This document shows, one piece after another, positions 9,111 through 18,002 of a stretch of 64,000 nucleotides of DNA (its first letter is position 1; each line of letters begins with the position of its first letter). The stretch is from Chloroflexota bacterium (GTDB lineage Bacteria; Chloroflexota; UBA11872; UBA12225). Location of the stretch: NCBI GenBank assembly GCA_034437795.1, contig DAOTTI010000267.1, positions 1,277-65,276 of the forward strand, written 5' to 3'. The notes below the pieces were generated by a model. That model was not told where the DNA came from, made no database searches, and saw only the letters and a program-made list of their open reading frames with translations. The position numbers and the translations under genes were made by a program.

Positions 9111-10505
9111 ATGGCAAGGAGCTTACCGGGGATGCGCACACTCGAGGGAGAGAGGGGGCCGGCCATGCCGGCCGCTGGCTGGACGCGGCGCCGGCTGCTG
9201 CGTGGCGCCGCCACCGGCGTCGCGGCAGGAAGCAGCCTGGCGCTGTGGGCCTGCGGGCCGGCGTCGGGGACGGGAGGGGAGGGCGCCAAGCCCGCAGGCC
9301 AGCCGGTCAGTATCCGGTTCCATCACCGTGGGGGTACGCCGCCGGCCCAGGAGCCGACGTTGTATCAGGAGCAGATCCCGCTCTTCCAGCAAAAGTACCC
9401 CACGATCAAGATCATCGATGAAGGCTTCACCGGCGAGGACTATTACCAGAAGGTGACGGTGATGGCCGCCGGCGGCTCGCTCGGCGACGTGATGTGGACT
9501 AGCGTCGGGGGCGGAGGGATCTACAACCTGATCGTGCAGAAGATCCTGGCGCCGCTTGACCCGATTGTGGCCAGGGAGAAGTTCGACCTGGGCCAGTACT
9601 ACAAGGGCTGCATCGACGGCCTCAAGCGCGACGGCAAGCTCTACGCCCTGCCGTTCAAGAGCCACCCGGGCGTCTCGCTCCTGTACTACAACCAGACGCT
9701 GTTCGAGCAGCGAGGCGGCGGCGTGCCGGACAGGTCCTGGACGCTGGACCGCTTCCTTGACGCGGCCAAGCGGGTCACCCAGGGCGACGTGTTCGGCTAT
9801 AACCCCGCCACCAGCCAGAAGACGATCCTCACCTTTGTGCGCGCCTTCGGGGGCGAGCTCCTCGATCCGGAAGGTAGGAAGAGCCTGCTCAACTCACCAC
9901 AGGCGATCGCCGCCATCACCTGGATGTACGAGGCCTTCCAGAAGCACCGCATCGCCCCCACGCCGTCGCAGGCGAGCCAGGAAGGGGGCGTGGACCGCAT
10001 GTTCGTGAACGGGAAGCTGGCGTCCGGCAAATGGGGGACGTCCTTCGAGAACACGGCCCGGCGCGACGTCAAGGACTCCTTCAAGTGGTTCGCCAGCCTG
10101 CATCCCAAAGGCCCGGGCGGCGTGCCCGGCTCCGATTACGAGATCGACGGCGACTCGATCATCGCCACGAGCAAGCACCCCGACGCCGCCTGGCAATGGG
10201 TGAAATGGCTGACCAACCAGGAGAGCGGCATCCGGCTGGGTGAGATCGGCGGGACCGTCGGGGGCCGGCCGGACGTGTACAAGAGCCCGCGCCTGCTGAA
10301 GGACCCCATCCGCCAGGTGTTCCTGGAGGCGATGGAGACCGCCCAGCCGGGGCGGCCAGTCTACAACACGCGCATGGCGGAATACGAGAAAGTGATCCAG
10401 GACGGACTGCTGCCGCTCTGGGAAGGCAAGGAGACGCCCAGCCGCGCCTACATTGATGAGATCACGCGACAGGTACAAGTGGTCCTGGATAAGCCGCTCC
10501 CCTGA
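9111..10505 (+). CDS. ABC transporter solute-binding protein (family 1, sugar type), Tat lipoprotein
   Basis: Twin-arginine/lipobox signal WTRRRLLRGAATGVAAGSSLALWACG and typical SBP blocks (KLYALPF, GGELLD). GGAAGGGAG lies upstream of the ATG. Confidence 0.9.
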   Translation: MARSLPGMRTLEGERGPAMPAAGWTRRRLLRGAATGVAAGSSLALWACGPASGTGGEGAKPAGQPVSIRFHHRGGTPPAQEPTLYQEQIPLFQQKYPTIKIIDEGFTGEDYYQKVTVMAAGGSLGDVMWTSVGGGGIYNLIVQKILAPLDPIVAREKFDLGQYYKGCIDGLKRDGKLYALPFKSHPGVSLLYYNQTLFEQRGGGVPDRSWTLDRFLDAAKRVTQGDVFGYNPATSQKTILTFVRAFGGELLDPEGRKSLLNSPQAIAAITWMYEAFQKHRIAPTPSQASQEGGVDRMFVNGKLASGKWGTSFENTARRDVKDSFKWFASLHPKGPGGVPGSDYEIDGDSIIATSKHPDAAWQWVKWLTNQESGIRLGEIGGTVGGRPDVYKSPRLLKDPIRQVFLEAMETAQPGRPVYNTRMAEYEKVIQDGLLPLWEGKETPSRAYIDEITRQVQVVLDKPLP

Positions 10506-10583
10506 GCCTGCCATCCATTCGCCGGCCCGGCGGGGACAGCGACGCGGAGGCGTCGTGCGCTCGGCCGGGCCGGCTGCGGGCGC

Positions 10584-10685
10584 GGACTGTGGGCGCGGAG
10601 GCCCTACACGTCGTCCAGATCGAGCTCCCCCGCCCCCTGGGGGAGAAGCTGCAGGGGTGGACTGTGGGCGCCAAGGCCCTACACG
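10584..10685. repeat. 27-bp direct repeat pair flanking a degenerate hairpin element
   Basis: GGACTGTGGGCGCGGAGGCCCTACACG (10584-10610) versus GGACTGTGGGCGCCAAGGCCCTACACG (10659-10685). Two mismatches, period 75 bp. Confidence 0.8.
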
Positions 10686-10694
10686 GCCGCGGGG

Positions 10695-11036
10695 TCAGGG
10701 CACCGGACCGGCGGGAGGGCGCTCGCTGCAGGCCAGCGCGTCCTCGACGCAGGCGGCGGCGGCTTCGCTATCCTCGAATTCGCCGAGCGTTGTCGGGCCG
10801 CTGGTCGAGCCGGGAGCGGTCTGGCAAGAGATCACGTGAAAGCGGTGCCGGCGGGGGTCATGGAGCACCTGCACGCTGATGCCCCCCTCCCACTGAGGGG
10901 GGAAGACGACCCAGGCCAGGTCGGAGCTGGACCGGTAGCCGGTCAGGCGGCGGCGCCTTAACGCGGCAAGAAGAAGGTCTCGCGGCGTACGTGTCGTGGG
11001 CACGATCTGCTGGTCCTTAGGGGGCTTACGGGGCAC
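10695..11036 (-). CDS. hypothetical protein (113 aa)
   Basis: Isolated ORF with coding-like GC3 bias and no recognised motif. Confidence 0.4.
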   Translation of the reverse strand: MPRKPPKDQQIVPTTRTPRDLLLAALRRRRLTGYRSSSDLAWVVFPPQWEGGISVQVLHDPRRHRFHVISCQTAPGSTSGPTTLGEFEDSEAAAACVEDALACSERPPAGPVP

Positions 11037-11259
11037 TAGCCGCTGGCCGGCGCTGTCACCGCCAGACCGCTGCTGGAAGCTGCTGTCAGGATGCTACGGG
11101 CCCGGCCGGCCGGTGACAATCAGCCGGCCATAACGGGCTATGGCGGCGCCAGGCGGGCAGTCTGTCGCCGGCCGGAGCCGGCGGGCGGCGGACGCGCGCG
11201 CCCGCAATGGTCGGCCATCGCCAGCAGGAAGTTACGTCAGCGGTGGAGGGTGAGCAGTC

Positions 11260-12108
11260 ATGCGCCTGGCAGGCAAAGTGGCTCTGGTGAGCGGGGGTGG
11301 TGGCGCGGGCATTGGTCGCGCCATCGCCACGTTGTTTGCGCGCGAAGGCGCGGCCGTGGTGGTAGGAGACATCAACGAGGCCGGCGCCCGAGACGTGGCC
11401 GCCGCCATTCAGGCGGCAGGTGGCCGCGCGACGGCGCTGCGCGCAGACGCCGGTTCAGCGCCGGACGTGCAGCGCCTGGTCCGCACCGCCGTCGACGCCT
11501 ACGGCAGGCTGACCACGATCGTGAACGTCGCCTCCTGGGCCGCAGTCAGACCGATCCACGAGCTAGACGACGCCGAGTGGGACCATACCCTGGCCGTCGG
11601 GCTCACGTCTTGCTTCCTCACCGCCCGGTATGGCCTGCCCGAGCTGATGCGCGCCGGCCGCGAGGCCGGCCCGTCGATCGTCAGCATCTCGTCGGCCAAC
11701 GGGGTGATCACGAACCCCGGCTTCGGCGCCTATTCCGCGGCCAAGGCCGGCATCCTGGGGCTGACCAGAAATCTGGCCCTGGACTACGGCCCCTACGGGA
11801 TCCGCGCCAACGCCATCTGCCCCGGCCTGATCTTGAACGACCGTACTCGGCCACGGGTGCAGGCCGATCCGGCGGAGTGGCGCGGCAACCTGGATTGCTA
11901 CCCGCTGGGCACGATCGGCGCGCCCGAGGACGTGGCCTATGCAGCCCTCTACCTGGCGTCGGACGAGGCAAGGTGGGTAACGGGGGTCACCCTGATGGTG
12001 GACGGTGGGCTCACCATCCAGTCTGTGGAGGCCCTGGTGCGCCCATCGTTCCGGCGCCGATGGAAGCGGAGCACGGTGACCATCATTGATCCGGATGAAG
12101 ATGAATAG
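11260..12108 (+). CDS. SDR family oxidoreductase
   Basis: Cofactor motif VSGGGGAGIGRA, catalytic YSAAKAG (YxxxK), NAICPG. GGAGGG lies upstream of the ATG. Confidence 0.9.
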   Translation: MRLAGKVALVSGGGGAGIGRAIATLFAREGAAVVVGDINEAGARDVAAAIQAAGGRATALRADAGSAPDVQRLVRTAVDAYGRLTTIVNVASWAAVRPIHELDDAEWDHTLAVGLTSCFLTARYGLPELMRAGREAGPSIVSISSANGVITNPGFGAYSAAKAGILGLTRNLALDYGPYGIRANAICPGLILNDRTRPRVQADPAEWRGNLDCYPLGTIGAPEDVAYAALYLASDEARWVTGVTLMVDGGLTIQSVEALVRPSFRRRWKRSTVTIIDPDEDE

Positions 12109-12206
12109 GCTTGAGTGGCCGGCGCGCCAGCCCAGGAGTGGCCGGCGCGCCGGCTGCGGGATGTGGCCATTCGTGGTCTGGATGGGCAGCTAGGGCTCCA
12201 CCTAAC

Positions 12207-12264
12207 GTTCCCTCGGCCTTTGGGAGAAGACGAGAGTGAGGGCACCGCTTGCGAATACGCCGGG
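12207..12264 (+). repeat. REP/MITE-like element, copy 2 (diverged)
   Basis: GTTCCCTCGGCCTTTGGGAGAAGACGAGAGTGAGGGCACCGCTTGCGAATACGCCGGG, between convergent stops. Confidence 0.7.
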
Positions 12265-12296
12265 CTAGCTCTGACGGGGATCCGGACGGTGGCCGG

Positions 12297-13712
12297 CTAC
12301 TTTGGCGCCGTACGCTGCATGATCTCCAGCGCCAGGGGCGCGATCTTATCGAACGCCACGCGCATCGGCTGCTCGTTGGTGAAGACCTTATCCTGCTCCG
12401 GCTTGATGGCGTTGGCCCAGATCTCGGCAAACTCCACGATGGCGTGCGATGGCGTGATCTTGGCCAGATCGACCGAGTCGATGGCCGAGCGGAGGTCGCC
12501 TTCCGGTAGGTTGGCCTTCTCGCGGTAGAACTTGATCCAGTCCGCCGCCAGCGATTTCCGCGCCGGGATAGCCCCCTGCTGCAACGGCCAGAGGCGCAGC
12601 GCCTCAGGGCTCACCATGTGCTTGATCAGCAGCCAGCCGGCATCCTTGTTGGGCTGGCCCTTGAACATGGCCCACTGGTCGGCGTAGAACCAGTTGTTGC
12701 GCGGTAGCCCGGGAGGCGACGGCGGGTTGGGGACCGCGCCCACGCCCCACTGGAAGTCCTTGATCTCGGCGTAGCGGGAGAAGGCGCCCGGCGTGTTGAA
12801 TTCCATGGCCACCCGGCCGGTCTGGAACAGCGTAGGGATGGAGCCGCCCGCCCGTAGCTCGGTGATCTCTTCCGGCATCGGCCACACCTTGTGCCGGTGG
12901 CGGAGGTCGGCCAGGAACTGGATGCCGTCGATCACCGCTTCTTTCTGGGGCGCAAACTTCTTGGGATAGCCCGTCTCATAGGCCTCCAGCTCGAACCAGT
13001 CGCCCCCGTACGCCTGGGCATAGAACCGATCGGCTCCCCAGGGGTTGCCGGCGCCGAACTGGACGCCGCGGCCGCTCTCCCGCTTGGTGGCTTTGAGCGC
13101 GATGTCGAGAAACCTGGGCCAGTTCCAGCTGCGGTCCTTCCAGTCGGTGGGCGGCGCTGTGAGGCGCTCTTTCTCGAGCAAGGTCCGGTTCACGATCATG
13201 ATGTGGGGCCACACCGTGATCGGCAGACAGCTATACTTGCCCTTCCACTTGCAGAAGGCAAGCAGGGGCGGGTAGAAGTCGGACAGGTCGTAGCGGTCCC
13301 GCGCGATGAAGGGGTCCAGCTCCTCCAGCTGGGCCCGAGCGGCGTAGAAGCGGTATCCACGCTGCGCGGCGGGCCACCACAGGGCCGGCGGCGTTCCTGA
13401 GGCCAGCAGCAGATCGGTCTTCGTATCGTACTGCCCCGATTCGGTGACGATGGCGTCGACCTTGATGTTGGGGTACTTGCTCTCGAAGAGCGCAAAGGCC
13501 TTGGTCTGGAGGTCGACCTCGATTGGCGTCGGCCGGAGCACGGCGATCAGCTTGACCTGCTCCTTCACCTGCGTCCCCACGCCCTCCCCGCGTTGGGGCG
13601 CTATGCCACAGGCGGCGAGCAGGGCGCCGGCTGCGCCCATACCTGCCGCCCCCCGGATGGCCGTCTGCCGGAGCAGCACACGGCGCGTAACCGCCGAGAG
13701 CATGACGCGCAT
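12297..13712 (-). CDS. ABC transporter solute-binding protein, Tat lipoprotein
   Basis: Signal VTRRVLLRQTAIRGAAGMGAAGALLAACG plus SBP blocks. The track ORF extends to 13772; MRVML at 13712 is the more likely start. Confidence 0.9.
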   Translation of the reverse strand: MRVMLSAVTRRVLLRQTAIRGAAGMGAAGALLAACGIAPQRGEGVGTQVKEQVKLIAVLRPTPIEVDLQTKAFALFESKYPNIKVDAIVTESGQYDTKTDLLLASGTPPALWWPAAQRGYRFYAARAQLEELDPFIARDRYDLSDFYPPLLAFCKWKGKYSCLPITVWPHIMIVNRTLLEKERLTAPPTDWKDRSWNWPRFLDIALKATKRESGRGVQFGAGNPWGADRFYAQAYGGDWFELEAYETGYPKKFAPQKEAVIDGIQFLADLRHRHKVWPMPEEITELRAGGSIPTLFQTGRVAMEFNTPGAFSRYAEIKDFQWGVGAVPNPPSPPGLPRNNWFYADQWAMFKGQPNKDAGWLLIKHMVSPEALRLWPLQQGAIPARKSLAADWIKFYREKANLPEGDLRSAIDSVDLAKITPSHAIVEFAEIWANAIKPEQDKVFTNEQPMRVAFDKIAPLALEIMQRTAPK

Positions 13713-13906
13713 TCCCGTTCCATCCCTATATGAGATTGGCCCGATACCACACCAGCCGGAGCGGGCGCTCACGCCAGGCTATCCAGACCCATGTGGGGAT
13801 CGCGCCTCCTTGCGTCCAGTGTAGACCAGCGGCGTTCAGAATGCGAGAGGCGAGCATAGGCCCTAAGTACTCCACCTGAGCCGTTCGGTGGCGCGCTCGG
13901 CGAAAC

Positions 13907-14224
13907 TTGATGGCAGCGACGATGTGGAGCGACCAGGAGCGTAGCCAGGCTCAGGCAGATCTCGAACGTTTGACGGGGGAGTTAGTGCGCCTCTACCAGC
14001 TACGGGAGCAGCTCAGGATGGCGCTTGGTGAGGCCGGCGAGACCGCCGACGCCGCCGCGCCCCAGCCGGTATCCGGCCCGCCGGTGATCCGCGTGATCCA
14101 CGGCAAGCGTGAGGGACCGGCGCCGGTGGACGGGCAGCAGCGCAGCGCGCTCCGCGCTCAGTTCCAGGTCATTCGCGGGGGCCTGGCCGGCCCCGTCGAA
14201 CCACCGCGACGCCCCGACCAGTAG
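13907..14224 (+). CDS. hypothetical small protein, predicted coiled coil
   Basis: 105-aa ORF with a heptad-like segment QAQADLERLTGELVRLYQLREQLRMAL. No homology recognised. Confidence 0.35.
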   Translation: MMAATMWSDQERSQAQADLERLTGELVRLYQLREQLRMALGEAGETADAAAPQPVSGPPVIRVIHGKREGPAPVDGQQRSALRAQFQVIRGGLAGPVEPPRRPDQ

Positions 14225-14302
14225 CACGCCCCGTAGAATCCAGGGCTGGACCGTCAAGAGGGTTGGAGGACGAGCAGCAGAGCCGGAGCAGGAGCCAGCG
14301 CC

Positions 14303-15130
14303 GTGCAGGTACGGACATCGCCCTCGGCCAACCCTCACCCCGAGCTGGCCAGCCCCTGGCCACCTGGCTATGCCGGCGCCGTCTCCCTGACCTTCGACGA
14401 CGGGCGGGCGTCACACCTTTCGCGCGTGGTGCCCATCCTGGCGGAGTACGGCCTGCACGCCACGTTCTACCTGAACCCGCGCGGCGCTACCGAGCAAGAG
14501 TGGCGTGAGAGGCTGGAGCCGTGGGTGGCCGTCCAGGCCGCCGGGCACGAGATCGGCAATCATTCCCTGAGCCACGTCTGCTCCCAGGCCATGCGCGACC
14601 GGCGTGATCCGCGCCTGCCGGCGCTGGAGACCTGGACGCTGGCGGACGTCGAGGCCGATGTGATGGAAGCGGAGCGCCGGCTGGGTGCGGTGCTGCCGGC
14701 GCCGCCGGGCCAGCCCCGTACCTTCTGCTACCCCTGCTATCAGGAACACGTCGGCGAGGGGCCAACGCGCCGGAGCTACGTGCCGGTGATCGCCAGGCGC
14801 TTCATCGCTGCCCGCGGCGCCGGCGAGTATGGTGACAACCGCCCCGCGACGTGCGACCTCCATTACCTGTGGTCGTGGAAGGTGGAGCTGCTCGACGGCG
14901 CCGCCCTCGTGGGCCGAGCCGAGCGGGCCGCGCTGGGCTACTGGGAGATCCTGACGTTCCACGACGTCGGCGACGGCGGACGGAGCCGGCTGACCAACAC
15001 GGAAACCGACTTCCGCGAGCTGTGCGCGTTCCTGGCCCGCCACCGGCAGCGGCTCTGGACCGCTCCCGTCTCGGTCGTGGCGCAGCGCATCGCCGCCTGG
15101 CGCCGTGCCGTCTTCGAAGCCGCAGGGTAG
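14303..15130 (+). CDS. polysaccharide deacetylase family protein (NodB/CE4 fold)
   Basis: Motifs SLTFDDG, ATFYLNP, GHEIGNHSLSH. Confidence 0.85.
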   Translation: MQVRTSPSANPHPELASPWPPGYAGAVSLTFDDGRASHLSRVVPILAEYGLHATFYLNPRGATEQEWRERLEPWVAVQAAGHEIGNHSLSHVCSQAMRDRRDPRLPALETWTLADVEADVMEAERRLGAVLPAPPGQPRTFCYPCYQEHVGEGPTRRSYVPVIARRFIAARGAGEYGDNRPATCDLHYLWSWKVELLDGAALVGRAERAALGYWEILTFHDVGDGGRSRLTNTETDFRELCAFLARHRQRLWTAPVSVVAQRIAAWRRAVFEAAG

Positions 15131-15534
15131 CGGCTCAGCCGCGCAGCCGGACCATGGGCGGGGGACCTCACCCCCTTCGGGCGGGGGCGCACCGCACCCC
15201 TGCCCCACCCTGCCCCACCGTGTGGCTTGGCCCCGCCGCCCCCTCTCCGCTTCGGAGAGGGGGAACGACCGCCACGGCCGTGGGGCTTGGCCCCGCCGCC
15301 CTTCTCCGAGGCGCCGAGGGGGCGAGCCCGCATTCTTCATCGTCCGCGATCAGTTCCCTCGCCCTTTGGGAGAGGATGACGGTGAGGGCTCCGCAGGTCA
15401 AGCATTCGGTGTGGCTCTACTTCACCTTCCCGTGGCGGAATGGTGAGGGCTCCGCAGGCGAAGGATCGACCCATGTCCCGCGGAGGCGCCGGCGAAGATG
15501 GAGAAGAGGCCGGCCATCTCTTCAGGATCCCCGT
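15131..15534. repeat. composite repeat/hairpin block between convergent genes
   Basis: Family-2 box GGACCTCACCCCCTTCGG (15163-15180). Perfect 11-bp-stem hairpin CCCCCTCTCCG-CTT-CGGAGAGGGGG (15239-15263). GGCTTGGCCCCGCCGCCC occurs twice (15224, 15284). A REP-like copy lies at 15353-15400, and GGTGAGGGCTCCGCAGG occurs twice (15381, 15442). Confidence 0.8.
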
Positions 15535-16089
15535 CTAGGGGCCGATGTCCGTATCCTCCACGTCTCCAGGGCCGACGGCCGATCGCTCCAGTTCGAGCAG
15601 ACGGTGCTTGCGGTCCAGTCCCCAGCGGTAGCCGGTGAGGCGCCCGTCGGCGCCCACGACGCGGTGGCAGGGTACGAGGATGGCCACGCGGTTGGCGCCG
15701 CAGGCGGCGGCGACGGCCCTGGTAGCGGTGTGGGGCAGGCCCAGCCGGCGCGCTAGCTCGCCGTAGGACAGGGTGTGGCCGGCGGGGATCTGCCTCAGCC
15801 CCGCCCACACGCGCTGCTGGAACGGCGTTCCGTGCAGATCCAGGGGGAGGTCCAGGCGCGCCGGCTCGCCCGCCAGGTGGCGCCGGATGGTGCCGGCCCA
15901 GGGCGCCAGGCCCGCATCGTCACGCTCCAGGATAGCGGCCGGAAAGTCGCGCCGCAGCGCGCCGGCCAGCTCCGCATCGGAATCGCCCAGGTAGAGGGCG
16001 CAGATACCCCGTTCGCTGGCGGCGACGAGCAGGCGGCCGAGGGCGCAGCCGGCGATGGTATGGCGGATACGCTGCTTGCCGGACCTCAT
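15535..16089 (-). CDS. ogt: methylated-DNA--protein-cysteine methyltransferase
   Basis: Active-site PCHRVV and the GYRWGL block typical of the Ogt/Ada C-terminal domain. Confidence 0.9.
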   Translation of the reverse strand: MRSGKQRIRHTIAGCALGRLLVAASERGICALYLGDSDAELAGALRRDFPAAILERDDAGLAPWAGTIRRHLAGEPARLDLPLDLHGTPFQQRVWAGLRQIPAGHTLSYGELARRLGLPHTATRAVAAACGANRVAILVPCHRVVGADGRLTGYRWGLDRKHRLLELERSAVGPGDVEDTDIGP

Positions 16090-16121
16090 GCGTACAATCT
16101 TCCCATTGGAGTTGCTCTACC

Positions 16122-17312
16122 TTGTGGAGGGTACGACGTACCGCGAGCCGGCGCCTGCGGCCTGACCTAGCCGGCCCGCTGGCGGCCCCGGATGGCCGGA
16201 CCGGAGCCGGCGCGCCCCTGATGCGGCCGCCGGCAGCGGGCGAGACTGTACCGGCGGAAGGGCCGCCGGGCCTGCGGTTAGCCGGCATCTGGCGGGGACT
16301 GGTGTGGAGCGGCCTGGCGGCGCTGGTGGCGGCGGTGGCGCTGGGCGTGTGGGGCGATTGGCGCCACCTGGCGGCGGCGTTTGGGCGCTTCTCCTGGATC
16401 GCCTTCCCCATCGCCCTGCTGCTCACCCTGGTGAACGCCAGCCTGCGCTTTCTGAAGTGGCAGTACTATGTCCACCGCATCGGCGCGCGTCCGGCGCTGC
16501 TGGACAGCGTGCTGATCTTCGTGGCCGGCTTTGCGCTCTCCGTCACGCCGGGCAAGACGGGCGAGTTTCTCAAGGCCTATCTCCTCGCGCGGCGCTGCGG
16601 CGCTCCGGCCTGGAAGGCGGCGCCCATTACCCTGGCGGAGCGGGCGACGGACGGCTTTGCCGTGCTGGTGCTGGCCGGCGCCGGCTTGACGATCGTGACC
16701 GGCTCCCCCTGGTGGGTGGCCGGTAGCCTGGTCGTGACGGTGGCCGGCTGCGCCGCGCTGGCGCTGCTGGCATCCTGGGCCAGCCCCGGCAAGGAGTGGC
16801 GCGTGCCTGGCGTCATGGGGCAGCGCGCCGCCGCCTGGGTCGAGCGCCTGGCTCAGCGTCCGGCGGTGGCGCGGCTACTGGCCAGGCTCCGCCTCAGCGG
16901 CGAGGGCGCCTCCGCCATTCTGGACGCCCGCAGCCTGCTCCTGGCCGTCGCCCTGGGCACCGTCTCCTGGGGCGCGGAGAGCATTGCCCTCTGGAACGCG
17001 CTGGTCGCCTTTGGCCTGCCGGCGACCGTGCCCCTGCTGGGGAGCGCCCTGGCCGCGCTGAACGCCGGCACGCTGGTCGGTGCCTTCTCGCTCCTGCCCG
17101 GTGGAGCCGGCGCCGCCGAGGCGACGATCGCCGCAGTGCTGGTGCAGCACGTCGATCGGGAGGTGGCCGCGGCGGCCACGCTCCTGATCCGGCTCTGCAC
17201 CGTCTGGTTTGGCGCCATCCTGGGCATCGGCGCGCTGCTGGCCTTGAAGGCGGCCCTGGTGCCCGAGGCGCCTCCCGCGCGCCCGGTCCCCTCCGGCGCG
17301 CCACTCCCCTGA
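16122..17312 (+). CDS. UPF0104 / lysylphosphatidylglycerol-synthase-TM-like flippase-like membrane protein
   Basis: Multiple TM helices with the block LRFLKWQYYVHRIG...VTPGKTGEFLKAYLL. Start uncertain. Confidence 0.8.
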   Translation: MWRVRRTASRRLRPDLAGPLAAPDGRTGAGAPLMRPPAAGETVPAEGPPGLRLAGIWRGLVWSGLAALVAAVALGVWGDWRHLAAAFGRFSWIAFPIALLLTLVNASLRFLKWQYYVHRIGARPALLDSVLIFVAGFALSVTPGKTGEFLKAYLLARRCGAPAWKAAPITLAERATDGFAVLVLAGAGLTIVTGSPWWVAGSLVVTVAGCAALALLASWASPGKEWRVPGVMGQRAAAWVERLAQRPAVARLLARLRLSGEGASAILDARSLLLAVALGTVSWGAESIALWNALVAFGLPATVPLLGSALAALNAGTLVGAFSLLPGGAGAAEATIAAVLVQHVDREVAAAATLLIRLCTVWFGAILGIGALLALKAALVPEAPPARPVPSGAPLP

Positions 17313-17326
17313 GCGCGGGCGGGGGG

Positions 17327-17368
17327 GCAGCCGGAGCAGCCGGAGCAGCCGGAGCAGCCGGAGCAGCG
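17327..17368. repeat. 9-bp tandem repeat (GCAGCCGGA) x4 plus a partial unit
   Basis: Perfect units start at 17327, 17336, 17345 and 17354, 15 nt after the stop of the membrane protein gene. Confidence 0.9.
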
Positions 17369-17445
17369 GGGGCATACGCCGTGGCGGCGCGAGGGAGGGA
17401 TCACCCTTCGGCGCGGCCATACTCGGCGCAGAGGCTCCGTCACTC

Positions 17446-17625
17446 GTGGTTGCGCGCCCGCAGCATTGGCTCCGGCAGGCCGAACGGGATCTGGAGCACG
17501 CCCGCTACCCGAATGCGTATCCGCAAGGGGCGCCCTACGTGTTCTATCCACGCAGCGAGGCTGAACGTGCGACGGGCCATTCGCAAGCTATCCTGCGGGT
17601 GTGTCGAGATCTTGTCGCTGGATAG
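17446..17625 (+). pseudogene. HEPN-domain (COG2250/PF05168-type) remnant lacking the central part
   Basis: 59-codon ORF below the track cutoff: VVARPQHWLRQAERDLEHAR-YPNAYPQGAPYVFYPRSEAERATGHSQAILRVCRDLVAG. The first half resembles the N-terminal helix (WL.QAE.DLEHA). The second half resembles the C-terminal RYPNA.P.GAP...Y...AE.A block. Typical proteins are about 120-140 aa. The stop overlaps the MNT start region. Confidence 0.5.
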
Positions 17626-17905
17626 GGACGCCCCGATCCAGAACGTGACCGCGTGCGTCCGGCGCATGGCCGCTCGCCACGCGGAGATCGAGCGGGTGGC
17701 GCTCTTTGGCTCGCTGGCCCGTGGCGACGCGGCGCGCGGCAGCGACGTCGACCTGCCAGTCGTCCTCTCGCACAGCGCCCTCCCTTTCCTGGAGCGCATC
17801 TCCCGCTACATGCCGGCCGGCGGCGGCATTGGTGTGGACGTCTTCCCGTACACCCGCGAGGAGCTCGCCGGCAGGTCCCTCTTCCACAGGAAGACGGCAA
17901 GATGA
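17612..17905 (+). CDS. MNT-type nucleotidyltransferase domain protein (MntA-like antitoxin family)
   Basis: Motif LFGSLARGDAARGSDVDL. Start uncertain (TTG 17612 or GTG 17645). The long track ORF from 16796 is an artefactual extension. Confidence 0.75.
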   Translation: MSLDRDAPIQNVTACVRRMAARHAEIERVALFGSLARGDAARGSDVDLPVVLSHSALPFLERISRYMPAGGGIGVDVFPYTREELAGRSLFHRKTAR

Positions 17906-18002
17906 GTTCCCTCTCTTTGGGAGACGGTTAGGGTGAGGGCTTCAGTTCCCTCTCACTCTGGGAGAGGGCGAGGGTGAGGGCGCCGCTCGTGAATAAGCCA
18001 GG
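17906..18002 (+). repeat. two tandem REP/MITE-like copies (17906-17940 and 17945-18002)
   Basis: They exactly fill the gap between the MNT stop (17903-17905) and the MFS stop (18003-18005). The second copy ends GGTGAGGGCGCCGCTCGTGAATAAGCCAGG. Confidence 0.85.

Noticed and set aside
16796-17611. Upstream 270 codons of track ORF 16796..17905
   Set aside because: This part is Arg/Gly/Ala-rich and overlaps the membrane-protein gene in another frame. Only the last ~98 codons carry the nucleotidyltransferase motif.
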